From assembly GCA_964016885.1 (NCBI GenBank), contig OZ024740.1, positions 63,860,001 through 63,924,000 of the forward strand: a DNA stretch of 64,000 bases, given 5' to 3'. This document shows positions 41,173 through 54,300 of the stretch, one piece after another. Below the pieces are notes generated by a model. That model saw only the letters and a program-made list of their open reading frames with translations. It was not told the origin of the DNA and ran no database searches. A program made the position numbers and the translations under genes. How positions within the stretch are numbered: position 1 is the stretch's first letter; every line of letters begins with the position of its first letter. Origin of the DNA: Eledone cirrhosa. Taxonomy: Eukaryota.

Positions 41173-41217
41173 CTTTATATTACAAATAAAAAGAGAAAAA
41201 AAAGGGAAGGAAGAAAG

Positions 41218-41220
<3 letters not shown>

Positions 41221-41315
<95 letters not shown>

Positions 41316-41343
41316 ATACACGCACACACACACACGCACACAC
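41221..41343. repeat. (CA)n microsatellite
   Basis: Read directly from the sequence. Confidence 0.98.
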
Positions 41344-41963
41344 AAACAAGCAGGTAATAGGCACATCTAGGACCGCATACAACAATAGGTAAGCGAAAAG
41401 AGTGGACAAACGAACCGCTACCAGAACAAAAGATAACGATATCGCGAGGAGCACTGGAAAACATCTCTAATAAGTATTGGTCAACACGAGGCTATGGTAG
41501 AATATACTTGTCTGAAGAACTGTGTTGTGTAGTTGGATCGAACCCGGAATCAGATGGTTGCGAAGGGAACTTAACATTATAACTATGTCCACGATAAAAA
41601 TTACACGTATTACCCTTCTCTTGGGAAATATACTAACAACTGTCATCAATACAATAAATCCCTTTTCGAGAAGAAACAAAAGAAGTGAGGAATAAAACCA
41701 AAGGTATTGTTGTCTCTCAAGAGTTACAACAGCCTTTTATGGCAACTTTAGTGTTGCTTTTCCAAACACCTGACTAGATATGGGCTAAATCACACACCAT
41801 TACTAATACAAACAAATACACACTCACACACACGCGCAGGCTTGTTTGCTTGTGTGTACAACGTAAAGTCCCCCTCTCTCTCTATATATATAATATGTGT
41901 GTATATGTTTATATATAATTGTATATATATATATATATATAATGTGTGTGTATATATATATAA

Positions 41964-42024
<61 letters not shown>

Positions 42025-42025
<1 letters not shown>

Positions 42026-42603
42026 TAGCTAAAGTACCCGTCCTTTGGACGGTTCAAGTAGCTTTCGATGTAGCTCATTAAACTAAACAAAGTAAATTTG
42101 AATGCATAGAAGAAAAACGTACTTTATGTAAACATGAAAACCTTAGGCACAATTCCAGCGAAATAATTAATATGTGAGCTCGGTGTCATCCGTTATCCCA
42201 TGTAACAACAGAAATCCAGTCTAGGTATAAATTCTTTTGACAACAGTAAAACCTTTTTGTTTCAAGTACAAAGAGTAAAGTAAAATCCGAATGAGCCGAA
42301 TTGTAATAATCAAAATCCCCAAACAAAATTTTTGACAACATCAATAATGAGTTCCTATTGTATTGACGAAAGATAACTCTTGTCTTACTTAAATCACGAA
42401 AATTGACACAAATAACCGACACTTTTTTAATGTCTCCAAATGCCCCAATATCGATTTTTCAAAGCCTTTGTAGATCATGTACAGGTTTTGTGCAAGGAGA
42501 AGCTCTGTAAAAAATTTCAAAGCAATCGCATGAATGGTTTATAAGCCCTCATTCAAAATTGTCCACACACCCACACACAGAAAACTTCAGCTTTATATAT
42601 ATA
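42025..42603 (-). mobile_element. non-autonomous Helitron-type element in (AT)n
   Basis: Minus strand starts tatatataaagctgaag and ends with hairpin ccgtccaaaggacgg followed by CTAG|T. Confidence 0.8.
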
Positions 42604-42636
42604 CATATATATCATATATATATATATATACTGTAT

Positions 42637-42672
<36 letters not shown>

Positions 42673-42686
42673 AATGAAAGGTATAG

Positions 42687-42739
<53 letters not shown>

Positions 42740-42746
42740 ATATATA

Positions 42747-42902
42747 TATAAAGAAAAAGGGATGAAATCGAAAATGCAACTGAAGTCTTATTTTTTTAAA
42801 AAATAAGACTTCAGTTGCATTTTCGATTTCATCCCTTTTTCTTTATACTTCCACTCGTGTAGGACACCTCGGTTATTTTTCATTTTGTAAAAAAAACCTC
42901 AC

Positions 42903-42909
<7 letters not shown>
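42747..42909. mobile_element. PLE-like fold-back insertion in (AT)n
   Basis: ~50-bp perfect palindrome arms 42747-42847 plus a ~60-bp tail ending aaaacctcactttcta, resembling the tail of 741-1019. Confidence 0.6.
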
Positions 42910-42934
<25 letters not shown>

Positions 42935-43718
42935 TTGTGTGTATGTGTGTGTGTGCATACGTGTATTTTGTGTATGTATGTGTATATATATTTATATTCA
43001 TGCACATATGCATATGTGTGCATGTGTAACATATACGTTTGTTCGATATAAATGTTATATATGTGAACGCATTCACACATCTAAGCGCATAAACATCCAC
43101 AGCACATTCACACACGAAAATGTACATAAACATTGCTGTTGAGAAAGCAAGCAAAATTCGTTAACACCGTAGGCCGTTAATAATGATCGACAAATATATC
43201 CCGTGGGCCTGATAACAGCCGACATTTCGTTGACGAAAACATAATTGACTACAAAAGTAATTTCCTTGCACAACACACTAATGGAGATAATTCAGTGTTG
43301 CTATCTCTCCCATACTAAAAACTCTTGTCAACATAAAAAGTTTTTCTTTAGTTTTGATTACCGAAATACATACAAAATTAGGAAACTAACTCTAACAACA
43401 ATAACAGGAAACAGCAACAATAAAAATAATACAGATAGCAATAACAAGAACAACACAAACAAATAAGTGGACCTTTCTGAGAGAAATAATTACAAAAAAA
43501 GAAATATAAACCAGTAAGAAAACGAAGAAGTTGTAGTAAAACAACAATAAAAACCAGAACGTATTTTGTTGACCGGTTTCATGAGGTAATTCTATTTTAT
43601 GTAAGTACACCAGTATCAGGCTTTATAGATAATATCAAAAGTATACGCTCAGATGCACACACACACACACATACGCACACACAGACGCACACGCATGCAC
43701 ACATCCGCACACACATCG

Positions 43719-43790
<72 letters not shown>

Positions 43791-43926
43791 GCATAGTATG
43801 TGCGTTTGGTTTCCTTCATTTCCAATTTCAGTTTCTTCAAGCGCCTCGATAATTCATATAATTTCTTTACCCCCGGCACTAGCCGAAAGTTGTTTAGTAA
43901 AGCTCCTTACATTGAACGTAATTCTC

Positions 43927-43992
43927 TGTCTTAGCGTAATGGTTAACGCATTCGACCGGTATTCGAGAGATATGGAGTTTGATACTCCATAG
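43927..43992 (+). pseudogene. tRNA-like sequence / SINE head
   Basis: tagcgtaatggttaacgc...ggagtttgatactcc (A- and B-box-like). Relative on the minus strand at ~28700-28752. Confidence 0.45.
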
Positions 43993-44140
43993 TCAAGACC
44001 ATATAACACAACTGGTAGGATGTAAGTATCAAAGATCTTAGCCTTCAAATGATAGGAAACTCGTTTTGATGTTAGTACTTCCTTGTTCTTGTTGAAAGCT
44101 GCCCAACCTAGAGCGATTCGATATTGCGCAGCTACCATTC
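43990..44140 (-). mobile_element. RTE-clade LINE relic
   Basis: Translates RIALGWAAFNK...KAKIFDTYILPVVLYG. Confidence 0.75.
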
Positions 44141-46964
44141 AATTGGACTTGATCTTTGCTCTTTGTACTCTGCTGCTGGTGATCGAACTTTGTAGAGAGA
44201 GATATCACATGTTAATACGCAGTCTGCAACTGGCGGAGTATAGCGTCACAAGAAAACTCCATAGCGGCTGCTAGCTACCTTTCTCTGACACTAAGTGTAT
44301 TTTATCCGATTTCCTAACGCTGTTATTTTAGCGATCGACTGTTGTTACAGTTATTTTCTGTGTTTGCATTCCAACATTTCAAATATATATATAGTCTTGT
44401 GTAGAAATGATTTATTCATGTTTTATAGTGTGTGTGCGTCGTCTGTTTTCTCGTACACTTATTGTCCAACCAGATGATTCATTTAGGATATACACTAATA
44501 TATTTGTCTCGGTTATAGCATAGGGATATGAAGTCTTCTCTAGCATTTGGCATGCAACCTTCACCCAATAACAGCCGATATACTTGTTACTTCTTCCCTT
44601 GTCGCATACAAGATTGCACTTCTCAATCGTGTCCTTTAATAGCTATAAGACGATGGACTGGCAAAATGGTTAAAGCGTTGGAAAAATTATACTAGTTATT
44701 CTGGTTCTCTGCTCTCTGTGTTCTAATTTCGTCAATGACTGTCAAATTTGTCTTTGTAGAATTTGTAGAATTCTTCAAGTTTTTGTTTAGTATACTTAAT
44801 CCGTTTCAGAGTTTTATATCAACATCTGGTTATTTGTGCTGTTATCGGAGCTCATTTATGTTTTCGGAGCTAGACCTTCATTTGGCAGGAGGTGACTCGG
44901 AAATATGTAAAGAATTGTTCTTGGAAATAAGAAATATTTCTATCAACTTCATCACCAATATGTTACAAGCATTTGATTTGAGGATATAATTAAAAAGAGG
45001 TTTATAAGCATTACCGGTCCTTTCCTGATTATGAGGTAACAAAACAAACTATTTGATCCATTTGATCCTTCTCATAGCGTTCTTTGTTTCTATTGTTTTT
45101 CTTTCTCCACCATTAGTTTAAGGAGATATCTCTGGCACTATCCCGACAAGCGCTTTCTGTCGTGGAAGAATATAGAGGTGGTTTTCTTTTGGGTATTTTT
45201 TCCACGCGACACATTCTTGTCGACTAGATACAAACAAGTTTGCCATTCATACTAAGAAATTAAGGACCGAAACCACAAGGACTTTAATAATTCCTCCAAT
45301 CCACCACCTCGGACTAGAAATTTATTTTATCGACTTCAAAACGTTGAACTTCAAATTTTAACCTTGGTGGAAGTTGAAATCATAATGTAAGGCATACTGT
45401 TAAATTTTCTAAAGATTCTGCCAATTCGTTGCCTCTAAGAACTTTAAATTCTCTGAAATCTCATTTCCAATCACCTTGTTAGCGGCAGATCAGTTTTGAG
45501 CATAAGTAGAACCATGATTAAAAGCTTTTACAGCCGTCTTATCCCATTTCATTTTTAGACATAGTGTATTAACGATTACATTCTCCAATGTGATTTAAGA
45601 TAGCAGGAATGTAATTTGAAGGAGATTTGGCAACTGTTTCTAGTAAGTAAACTGACAAGTTGTCTCATCCAATTCATGTTGTTGTTATTTAACCTCCTGA
45701 CAAACAGCTTTTAATCAAAGGTACTCCATCAGTTACCACCCTATCATTTTAAAGGGTATAATTTCATTGGAATTTGACTGCTATTTCTAACAAATACAGT
45801 GGTTAATGACTTCTTGATATATATCGACAGACACAATGGTGGAACGTCTAGAATTAACGAATAAGTGTTTGAGAATTCTCAAGCCGAAACAGAGTAACGC
45901 AATGCATAACAAAACTGGACCTTTGAATTACAGGTATAATCAATCCAACGTGCTTCTAAATAGTTTTCCCGTCTATCCAATTTCATTCACAATGCTTGGC
46001 TCAACTGAAGGCTACGGTAAATGCATTTCTCATGATATCACGCTGTGGGATTGAACCCAAGACGTCATGGATACGAAATGAACTTAATTAATCACTCAGA
46101 AAATGCATAAATATCAACAGTATTGGAAAGCTTGTTGAGGTTGTTGATATGATCTCTTCCTCTGACTAAACATAAAAACTCAAAATATTGGTGATGAAGT
46201 TGATAGAAATATTTCTGATTTCCAAGCACAATTCTTAACATATTTCCAAGTCACATCCTGCAAATGAAGGTCTAGTCCCGAAATCATTAATGCAATATAT
46301 TAATTTTAACCCTATGGTGCCTAAACGATAAATATGCAGAAAAAAACACTTATTAGAATTTTTCAGTTCATCGAAGGGCATGTGAAAAAATAAATTTTAT
46401 CAGCTCCCCACTCTCATACACACACATTCTCTTTCTGTCTGTCTCTCTCTCACACACGCATACACATGGTTAAAGAATAGATTCTGCCACTGGTGATGAA
46501 AAAGTAATCAACACTAAAACAATTGTAAAGATTATGCAGTCTTTAATTTATTATAATTGACTCTTACAAAATAGCTATCACATTTAGCTGATGGCTGTAC
46601 AGGGAATACAAGATAATGAGGGGATTTAACAAGGTAAAAATAGAATAAAAGAAAATCATATAAACGAGAAACAAACAAAATCGAAATACGGTTGTTAAAA
46701 AATATACAACCAAGGCAGACATATATACATGTGTATGTGTGGGTCCTCCGTCGGTTGGGAATTCTAGAGACACATGTACCCTTAATGCAATTCTCAGGGA
46801 GAACTTTTGTCAGCTGAGTAAACTGGTGTATTAATCAAGATTACAACGTGTCGTCGATAATCGAACTCTGGACCTTACAATCGTGAGCCAGATACATTAA
46901 CCACTAAACCACGTACCTGAATACATACATACATGATGGCTGAAAACTCTGCTAATCATCGGAT

Positions 46965-47262
46965 GCTTCCGAAGCCGCAGGTTTTTTTCAGAGTTTCCCT
47001 CTCCTAGAAAGGTGTTGTGAAAACAATTGGGGGCTTTTCACTGCCAGGTGAAAAAAAACAAACTATTTGGATGGCCATTGACTCTGTTGAGTTCCTCCGC
47101 CCTTTGCCAGATCTTGTATTTCATCATGCAGGGTGTCCAAATTTCACCCTCCTCACCAAGCAAGCTTGGTGGAGTTGCCGGTTTAGTCGCCGACGACCCG
47201 ACCACGAGACAGGTTGTACTGGGTTACATGTTACCAGTAGCACTCGAGAGCGACCTGACATA
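46965..47262 (-). mobile_element. probable 5' end of an RTE-group LINE in (TACA)n
   Basis: GC-richer island containing tctaggagagggaaactctg. A decayed homolog lies on + at ~37395-37505. Confidence 0.45.
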
Positions 47263-47753
47263 ACATACATACATACATATATCTCAAAACATCCACATCT
47301 ACACAGACAATAACATCCACACCTGCACACACACACGCACGCACGCAGACATGCATACATATTTACCTAGTTGATGTCTAAATTCCAATGAAAGAGTCTT
47401 GTATCTATGTTAGAAACCGATGCTCTCTTTATTCGTAAACATTTATAAAATTATAAAACCAGAATAACATACATACATAGGTACCTACATACACACATAC
47501 ATACATATTTACCTATAGTTCTATGAAATGGAGAACAAACATCATGCACTATTGCAGAGGTTAACTGCTTAGCAGAGGTGAAGGTATTGCCTAAGGGTGA
47601 GGAAAAAGAAACATCTATAATGAGCTAATGAGACACAACTCTTATAAATTATTGAGATTTTCAAAGAATAAAGAGAACAGACTAGCAACCCCCGATAATT
47701 AAATCGATTAGCAGTACAATCAAGATGTGCAAGACATTGTAATTATTCTCCAT

Positions 47754-47938
47754 GGCGGTGGATTGGCAGTATCGGTAGAGGGTCGGACGCCATGCTTTGA
47801 GACATAGAGTTACGGACCTTTCTATTCTGAGTTCAAATCCCGCCAAGGGTAACTTTGCCTTTCATCCTTACGGGGTCGATAAAATAAAGTACCAGTAATG
47901 CACTGGGTAATTGCTGGCCTTGTGCCAAAAGTAGAAAC
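47754..47938 (+). mobile_element. full-length tRNA-derived SINE
   Basis: Starts ggcggtggattggcag. 13-bp TSD aattattctccat at 47741-47753 and 47939-47951. Confidence 0.96.
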
Positions 47939-48149
47939 AATTATTCTCCATTCGCATTTTATGGAATGAATATATACACACAACTATATGATGCATATGA
48001 TGTCAATACATAAAGGCTAATCACGCACAGACACACATGCACCCAGTCATAGTATGAATGCAGACTCTAACTCACTCACAAATTTACAAATTCCTGGAAT
48101 AGTCTTTAGTGAACAGCTTAAATTCTGCAAAGTAGATCTTAAATATATC

Positions 48150-49270
48150 TAAAAAAAGAATATATGAACACCTTCTTCCAGCACAGAGACATCCAGAAAT
48201 ATGAGCAAACTGAGAACGTTGAGACAGAGTGGAGATTGTTCAGCTCAGCAGTTTCTACTTCAGCTGTTAAATGCTGCGGGCCAAAGAAGCTTGGTGAGTC
48301 AAAGATGCCGTCCAAGCAAAGAAGGAGGCCTACAAAGCTTGGCTTGGAAATAAGTCTTTCTTCTTGCACTTGCGGTACAAGCAGTCACGAAGAATCGCAG
48401 TAGAGAAAGTAAAGGCGTCCTGAGTTAAGACATGGGAGGACTTTGGCGTTAAGCTGGAAAAGTGATTAAATGCGAGAGTCTACAACAACAAACGATGCTA
48501 GTATATCCCATACTTCCTTTCTCGGTAATTTTCAAAATGTATACTTGAAATGGTTACAAGGATGAGAAACACCTAGTAGTAATAAGATTTTCAGCTGATA
48601 TAGAAGGGAATTTGCTTAAAATATTCATATGTGGTAGTTGAATATCAAAAAACTCAAAAGTGCATATTGTATGTTATTACACAGCATCTAAGAAACAATG
48701 TTATTATCAAGTTCTTATTTTATTTTCTATCATTTTTCTATATTTAGGCATCAAACAAGAACATTGACATTAGACTTTCCAAAGTCTGAGTTGCAATGAA
48801 CAAAATGGAAAGGATGTGGAAGTCAGATCTACCCAGAAAAATCAAAGTATCATTTTTCAGAATATCTTTTGTGTTAGTGTCGTTGTGTGGATCAGGTACA
48901 TGGATCCAGACAAAAGCTCCCGAGAAGAAACTAGATGGTGCAAAACATATTACAAAACATAAACTGGTGTCAACATATTACAAATGAAAGTTTGTACAGA
49001 AACTTGCACAAGATAATATTTACAATTGTTCAAAGACAGTTACAATTTTCAGGACATTGCTAGTGAATGACGTAGGAGGTTATACATAAGCTACTATTGT
49101 GAGGAACAACTCAAAGGAGACGCAGTAAAGGAAGACCTACTTGAATCTTCATCGATCAACTCTCAGACGATAACCCCTAGTAAGAAGCATTTGCCAGGAA
49201 CAATGGAAAATCGTGAATTGTGGCGAGACTTTGTCAAGAATGTTCGTCTGTGGTCGCAATGAGGATGAAC
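48150..49270 (+). mobile_element. two RTE/RTE-X LINE relics (48150-48460, 48745-49270)
   Basis: Translations VETEWRLFSSAV...CG and MNKMERMWKSDLPRKIKVSFFR...CGSGTW...KKLDG; GRP motif near 49130. Confidence 0.65.
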
Positions 49271-49441
49271 ATCAAATAGGGAACTCCTCAAGAAGTACTC
49301 ACATCCTAATGACCTTCAATGCCACTCCAGTACTACTGGATTAGCATACTCCAAGAAAAACTGGAAAAGAAACACTCTGCATATAAAAAAAGGTTATGTA
49401 TAGTTTATTGTTTCCGTAAAAGTGTGGATGATATTTATATT

Positions 49442-49625
49442 TGTTTCTACTTTAGGCACAAGGCCAGCAAATACCCAGTTCATTACTGGTACTTTATTTT
49501 ATCGACCCCGTAAGGATGAAAGGCAAAGTCAACCTCGGCGGGATTTGAACTCAGATCGTAAAGGGACGTAACTATGCTGGAAAGCATGGCGTCCGACCCT
49601 CTACCGATACTGCCAATCCACCGCC
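49442..49625 (-). mobile_element. full-length tRNA-derived SINE
   Basis: 13-bp TSD tgatatttatatt at 49429-49441 and 49626-49638. Confidence 0.96.
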
Positions 49626-50115
49626 TGATATTTATATTGATATGAAGTGAAGCTTCTCTTGGACTCATGACCGATATAATAAGTCATATTTCGAAAGCTA
49701 TGCGTTTTCAATCCAATGGCAGGAGATAGCTTTGAAATGCTTCAATGAACAGAAACAATGAAGCCAATAAACCTCCAAGATGCAATCGAAAATGTTTGTT
49801 CTGTAGGAAATATCGCACAGCTGTCCTTTAACTGACAGCTTAAACTCACGGTTATTGATTACTGTACAAGCTCAAGACATGATGACATTAAGCCGATTAA
49901 ACGTTTCACGCAGTGTCGCGATAGTTAAACGGCCTCTGTTTAATCCACTATAAATCTTATTAAGTCAGCAATTAGACTATCTTACAAAACTACCGAAAAA
50001 CATTTATCAGGTCTGTCTCTTTCCACTTGTTAGTCCATTTGCTTATCTATATCTTTCCCTGTCTCTCTATCCAATTGTCTGTTTATGTATTCATCTGTCC
50101 GCCTGTCTATTTCTC

Positions 50116-50363
<248 letters not shown>

Positions 50364-51316
50364 GGCACCTCGAGTGACTTCAGGCGCTCACAGCCCTATA
50401 CCAGCGGAAACGGCAATCAGCGGAGACTTCACTTCGACATTCTATTGGGGATTAGTGGAGGATAAGTGTGACGACGTTCTCGGGGAAACTCTAGGCACCG
50501 AGGAAGACAAACTGACCAGTCTGTTCGGGAGGACTTTCCGTCCAGGGCCTATGGATAACTCCCAGAGGTCTCTGGCCTGGCAGTGCTACCGAGGAGCTCT
50601 ACGAGTTCGAGACAAAATCTACAGGCACGGACGCCCTGGCAGAGATCCTGCCAAAAGGACCTGTCCAAGATGCGAGCAGGACATCGAAACCGTTCTGCAC
50701 GCAATTGTTCAGTGTCCAGGGGTGACCGACCTGTGGAATTATGTCGAACAGTTACTGTCACGTGTAGAACGCATCCAGTTGTCAGCCGAGTCCATCATGG
50801 GAATCACTCCGCCGCCTTCATTTAAGAATGAAGGAGAGGCGGTCTTCCTCTGTCTGGCCGCTATGGCGAAAGAGGTAATATGGTGGACGAGGTTAAAAGG
50901 ACTGAGGGCAAGCACCTTTCTCTCTGGACAACAACTCATCCCCTTCTTTAAGTACCAGAAGGAAGGTGTGAGTGGAGAGAGAGATGCTGCACCCCAGTAA
51001 ATTCGCTGAAGGGTGGGTGATTGTGGCGAAAATGGCCCAGGTGAATGGGCCTTCTCTGTATATAAACCTGTAGGTTGAGGAAGATAAACAGAGGGAAGAC
51101 GGTAACACCTACAAAACGTGTTCCTGGTGTTGAGAGTTGTTTTATCCACGAGGTGTAAAACAACCAAGCAGTAACGTTACCCCCCCCAATGGGGATTTCA
51201 TTTGTTTTATTTTATATAGTTTATTGATATTTATCATTGTTAAAGATTTTATGTAAAACTCCCGCCGTCACGTCTTATAATGTCCCATTTTTGTACGGCC
51301 CTGTGGCAAATAAAGA

Positions 51317-51390
<74 letters not shown>
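50364..51390 (+). mobile_element. 5'-truncated Tx1 plus (TATC)n tail (array unit 2)
   Basis: ORF2 C-terminus with CPRC...H...C motif (ORF 50374-51000). (TATC)n at 51317-51390. Confidence 0.94.
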
Positions 51391-54300
51391 GTTGTCGTCT
51401 GTTCGATAGCGTAGACGTAATTCACTTCGCGCAGAAGTTTTGTTCCAATTTATTGCGGAAAATTTGTAAGTTTAATTTTAATTTTGATACTATTGTGTAG
51501 CTTGACCCCCCCGTCTGAACTGTCAGGCGGTGGGTCAGCTCATTTTCGCCCCTCCCAGGGGTGAAAAACCTGTTTTTAAAAAAATTTGTTGCATAAAATT
51601 TCAATCGTCTGGGAGAAATGTTAAATGAAGCTAACGAAAATAGTGGTGGGGGACAGCGGTAAGAGTTGTAAGCTCGCTCGCTTTAGTCCCCCCTTCCTTC
51701 CCAACTAACGTCATAGAGAAGGAAAGAAAAAATAAAATAAAAACAGACGAATGTGCGGAGAAAAATGTCGACGAAAACACAAATCTGGAGATTGATTCCA
51801 ACAACAAAAAAAATTTGAAAGAATTGCATGACAATGTTAATACCACAAACAAAGAAACAACATACACAAAAATAACATTTGAAAACAACATCATAACAGA
51901 AAGCAAAACAGACGACAAAGTCAACACCAATAACATCTCATTTGCACAAACAACAAAAACATCTTTAACGTACATACCTGAAAATATTTCAGATGTGGCA
52001 CAAAGAATAAAAAACGCCAAACAATTCATAACTCAAGGGGAAAATGGAGCCTTGTCGGCAAAAATGCCTCAAGAACTCACCAAAGATATTGAAAGTCGGA
52101 CGGTCGTTTTCCGCACCATCAACAACATCTCAAAAAAGCCACAACAACCAACACAAGTAGAAATTAAAGCGGTACTTAGAGAAGTATTTAATGAAGCCAC
52201 TTTCATAAGAAGAGACAGGCTGTATGGAAGCCTGGCCATTATTATGAAGAACGAATCGGCGGCAAAAAAAATATGCTTTGTCGCCAATTCGTTCGACAAA
52301 TTTTACCTTTTATCCATTTTATATGGGTAAAAGAACTCAGCGCATATGGCTGGATGCGATGATGCCAGATATGGACTACTGCTGGCTCATAGCTGGCTTC
52401 ATCGATCCAGCGAATGACAACGTGATTTCCATTGGGAAAACCACAGGCAATGCGTTCAGTGGAACAGGTATAGAACTTATAGTGCAAATGAAGCCTGAAC
52501 GCATTGCCCAAATACCCGACAGAATCCTATTAGAGGGCCACGGGTATATAAACATTAGCGTGGAGAGGAAAAGGCCGTCCTGTCATATCTGTGCAGGCAG
52601 AGGGCACCTGAAGGCGGCTTGTCCCCAACTCAACAAGAAAAAACCCCTGCTACCAACACCAGCTCCACCACCACCACCACAACAGATAAACAAACAACAA
52701 AACCCAGTCCCACCCAACCCGTCCCTCAGTAAAACTACACCACCACCACAGCACAAACAGACACAACACATTACCCCAAAACAAAACACAGTCCCACCCA
52801 ACCCCTCACTCAATAAAACACACAACCACAGCAGCCACAACACACAACACAGTCTAACATAGTGACATCCATCTCCCCCACAAAGAAAACTAACACGGAA
52901 ACACTACCAACAAACATACCTCTTCCCCCCAACACTGAAGATGACCCAACGAATTCGGAGGAAGAAACGGAGTCCTTCAGACAGATTAAAAGGAAAAAAA
53001 GAAAACATGTGCAAAACACACAAGGCCAAACAGCCCCTACCCAAATGTCAACACAATCCAACAAAACACAAAACACCCCTCCAGCAACAAACAAAACCAA
53101 ACCTGCCCCTCCCCTCTTCGAAACACTCACACCATCCGAAAAAAAAACATTACACTATACTTACATCAACATAAACAATAATAAATTAAATGAACTCATA
53201 AACAATAACCCTTCGGTACAAACCGAAGGGGTAAACTTTGTTTTTTCAGAAAACAACCCACAATTAAAATTAATAAAGGTCCCAATGAACCTCTACCAAA
53301 AACTAAAAAAGGATTTTAAGGAGGACGTAGGACCACCCTCTGTCAAACCCATAAACCACGTCCTCTTAAAAAGCTTTCCCCCTCCCCTTCCCCTCCACAA
53401 CACAACTCCAAATACCCCAACCCCACCACACACTGACGACCCCACACCACCACAAGACACCCCTTCACCCAACACCCCCGACCCCATGGAAGTCGTGCGA
53501 CCCGAACCCCGGGAAGCAGAAAGGTAGGTCTCTACACTCTCCTTTAGCTTTGCCGCCCACATGGATGTGTTAAGAGTAGGATGTTTGAATGCACGTGGCC
53601 TGGGCTCAACTTGGAAGCAAGCAAAGCTTCTAAATGACCTCAGGTCACGTGGTATAAATGTAATGGTTATCTGTGAGACTCGGATCAGCGTCGTGCGGCA
53701 GCTGGCCCCTACCTTCGATGACTTTGAGGTGCACGTTTCTCTCTGTCAACCTGGAGGTGGGGGTGGGGTCTCGCCGTACAGGTTGTTCACTCGAACCCGG
53801 AAGGTCGTTTGTTGGTGCTAGACGTTGGCAGTAGTGGAGGTGCGGCCTTGAGACTGGTCGCCGTCTACTCCCCTTTCGGAGCTGAACGACCCGACTTCTT
53901 CCAGCGTCTGGAGACTTTTCTGGGAACGTCGCGTTCCCTGCTTCTAGCGGGGGACTGGAATGACATCCTAGATGCACGTTGGGACTATGCAGGAGCATGT
54001 CCTAATATAGGGGGGTGTAACAGCCTCAAGGGGCTACTCGACCGTTTTAACTTGGTTGATAGATATCGACTAGATTTTCCAACTGTGCCAACCTGGACTT
54101 GGACGAACCACACTGGTCAATCTAGATCGTACTTAGCTAGATTCTTAGTTAGAAGTAAGGATAGGGACATATTAAGCTGTCCAGAAATGCTCACGGTTGG
54201 CTATACAGATCACAAATTAATGACCTGCGTAGTCAACCTCGAGAGAACACATAGACAGGGTCCCGGTTACTGGAAACTTAATTTGTCTTTACCGGCAAAA

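Noticed and set aside
47754-47845. SINE heads as functional tRNA genes
   Set aside because: A and B boxes are present but no complete cloverleaf, and the sequence continues into the SINE core and tail with TSDs.
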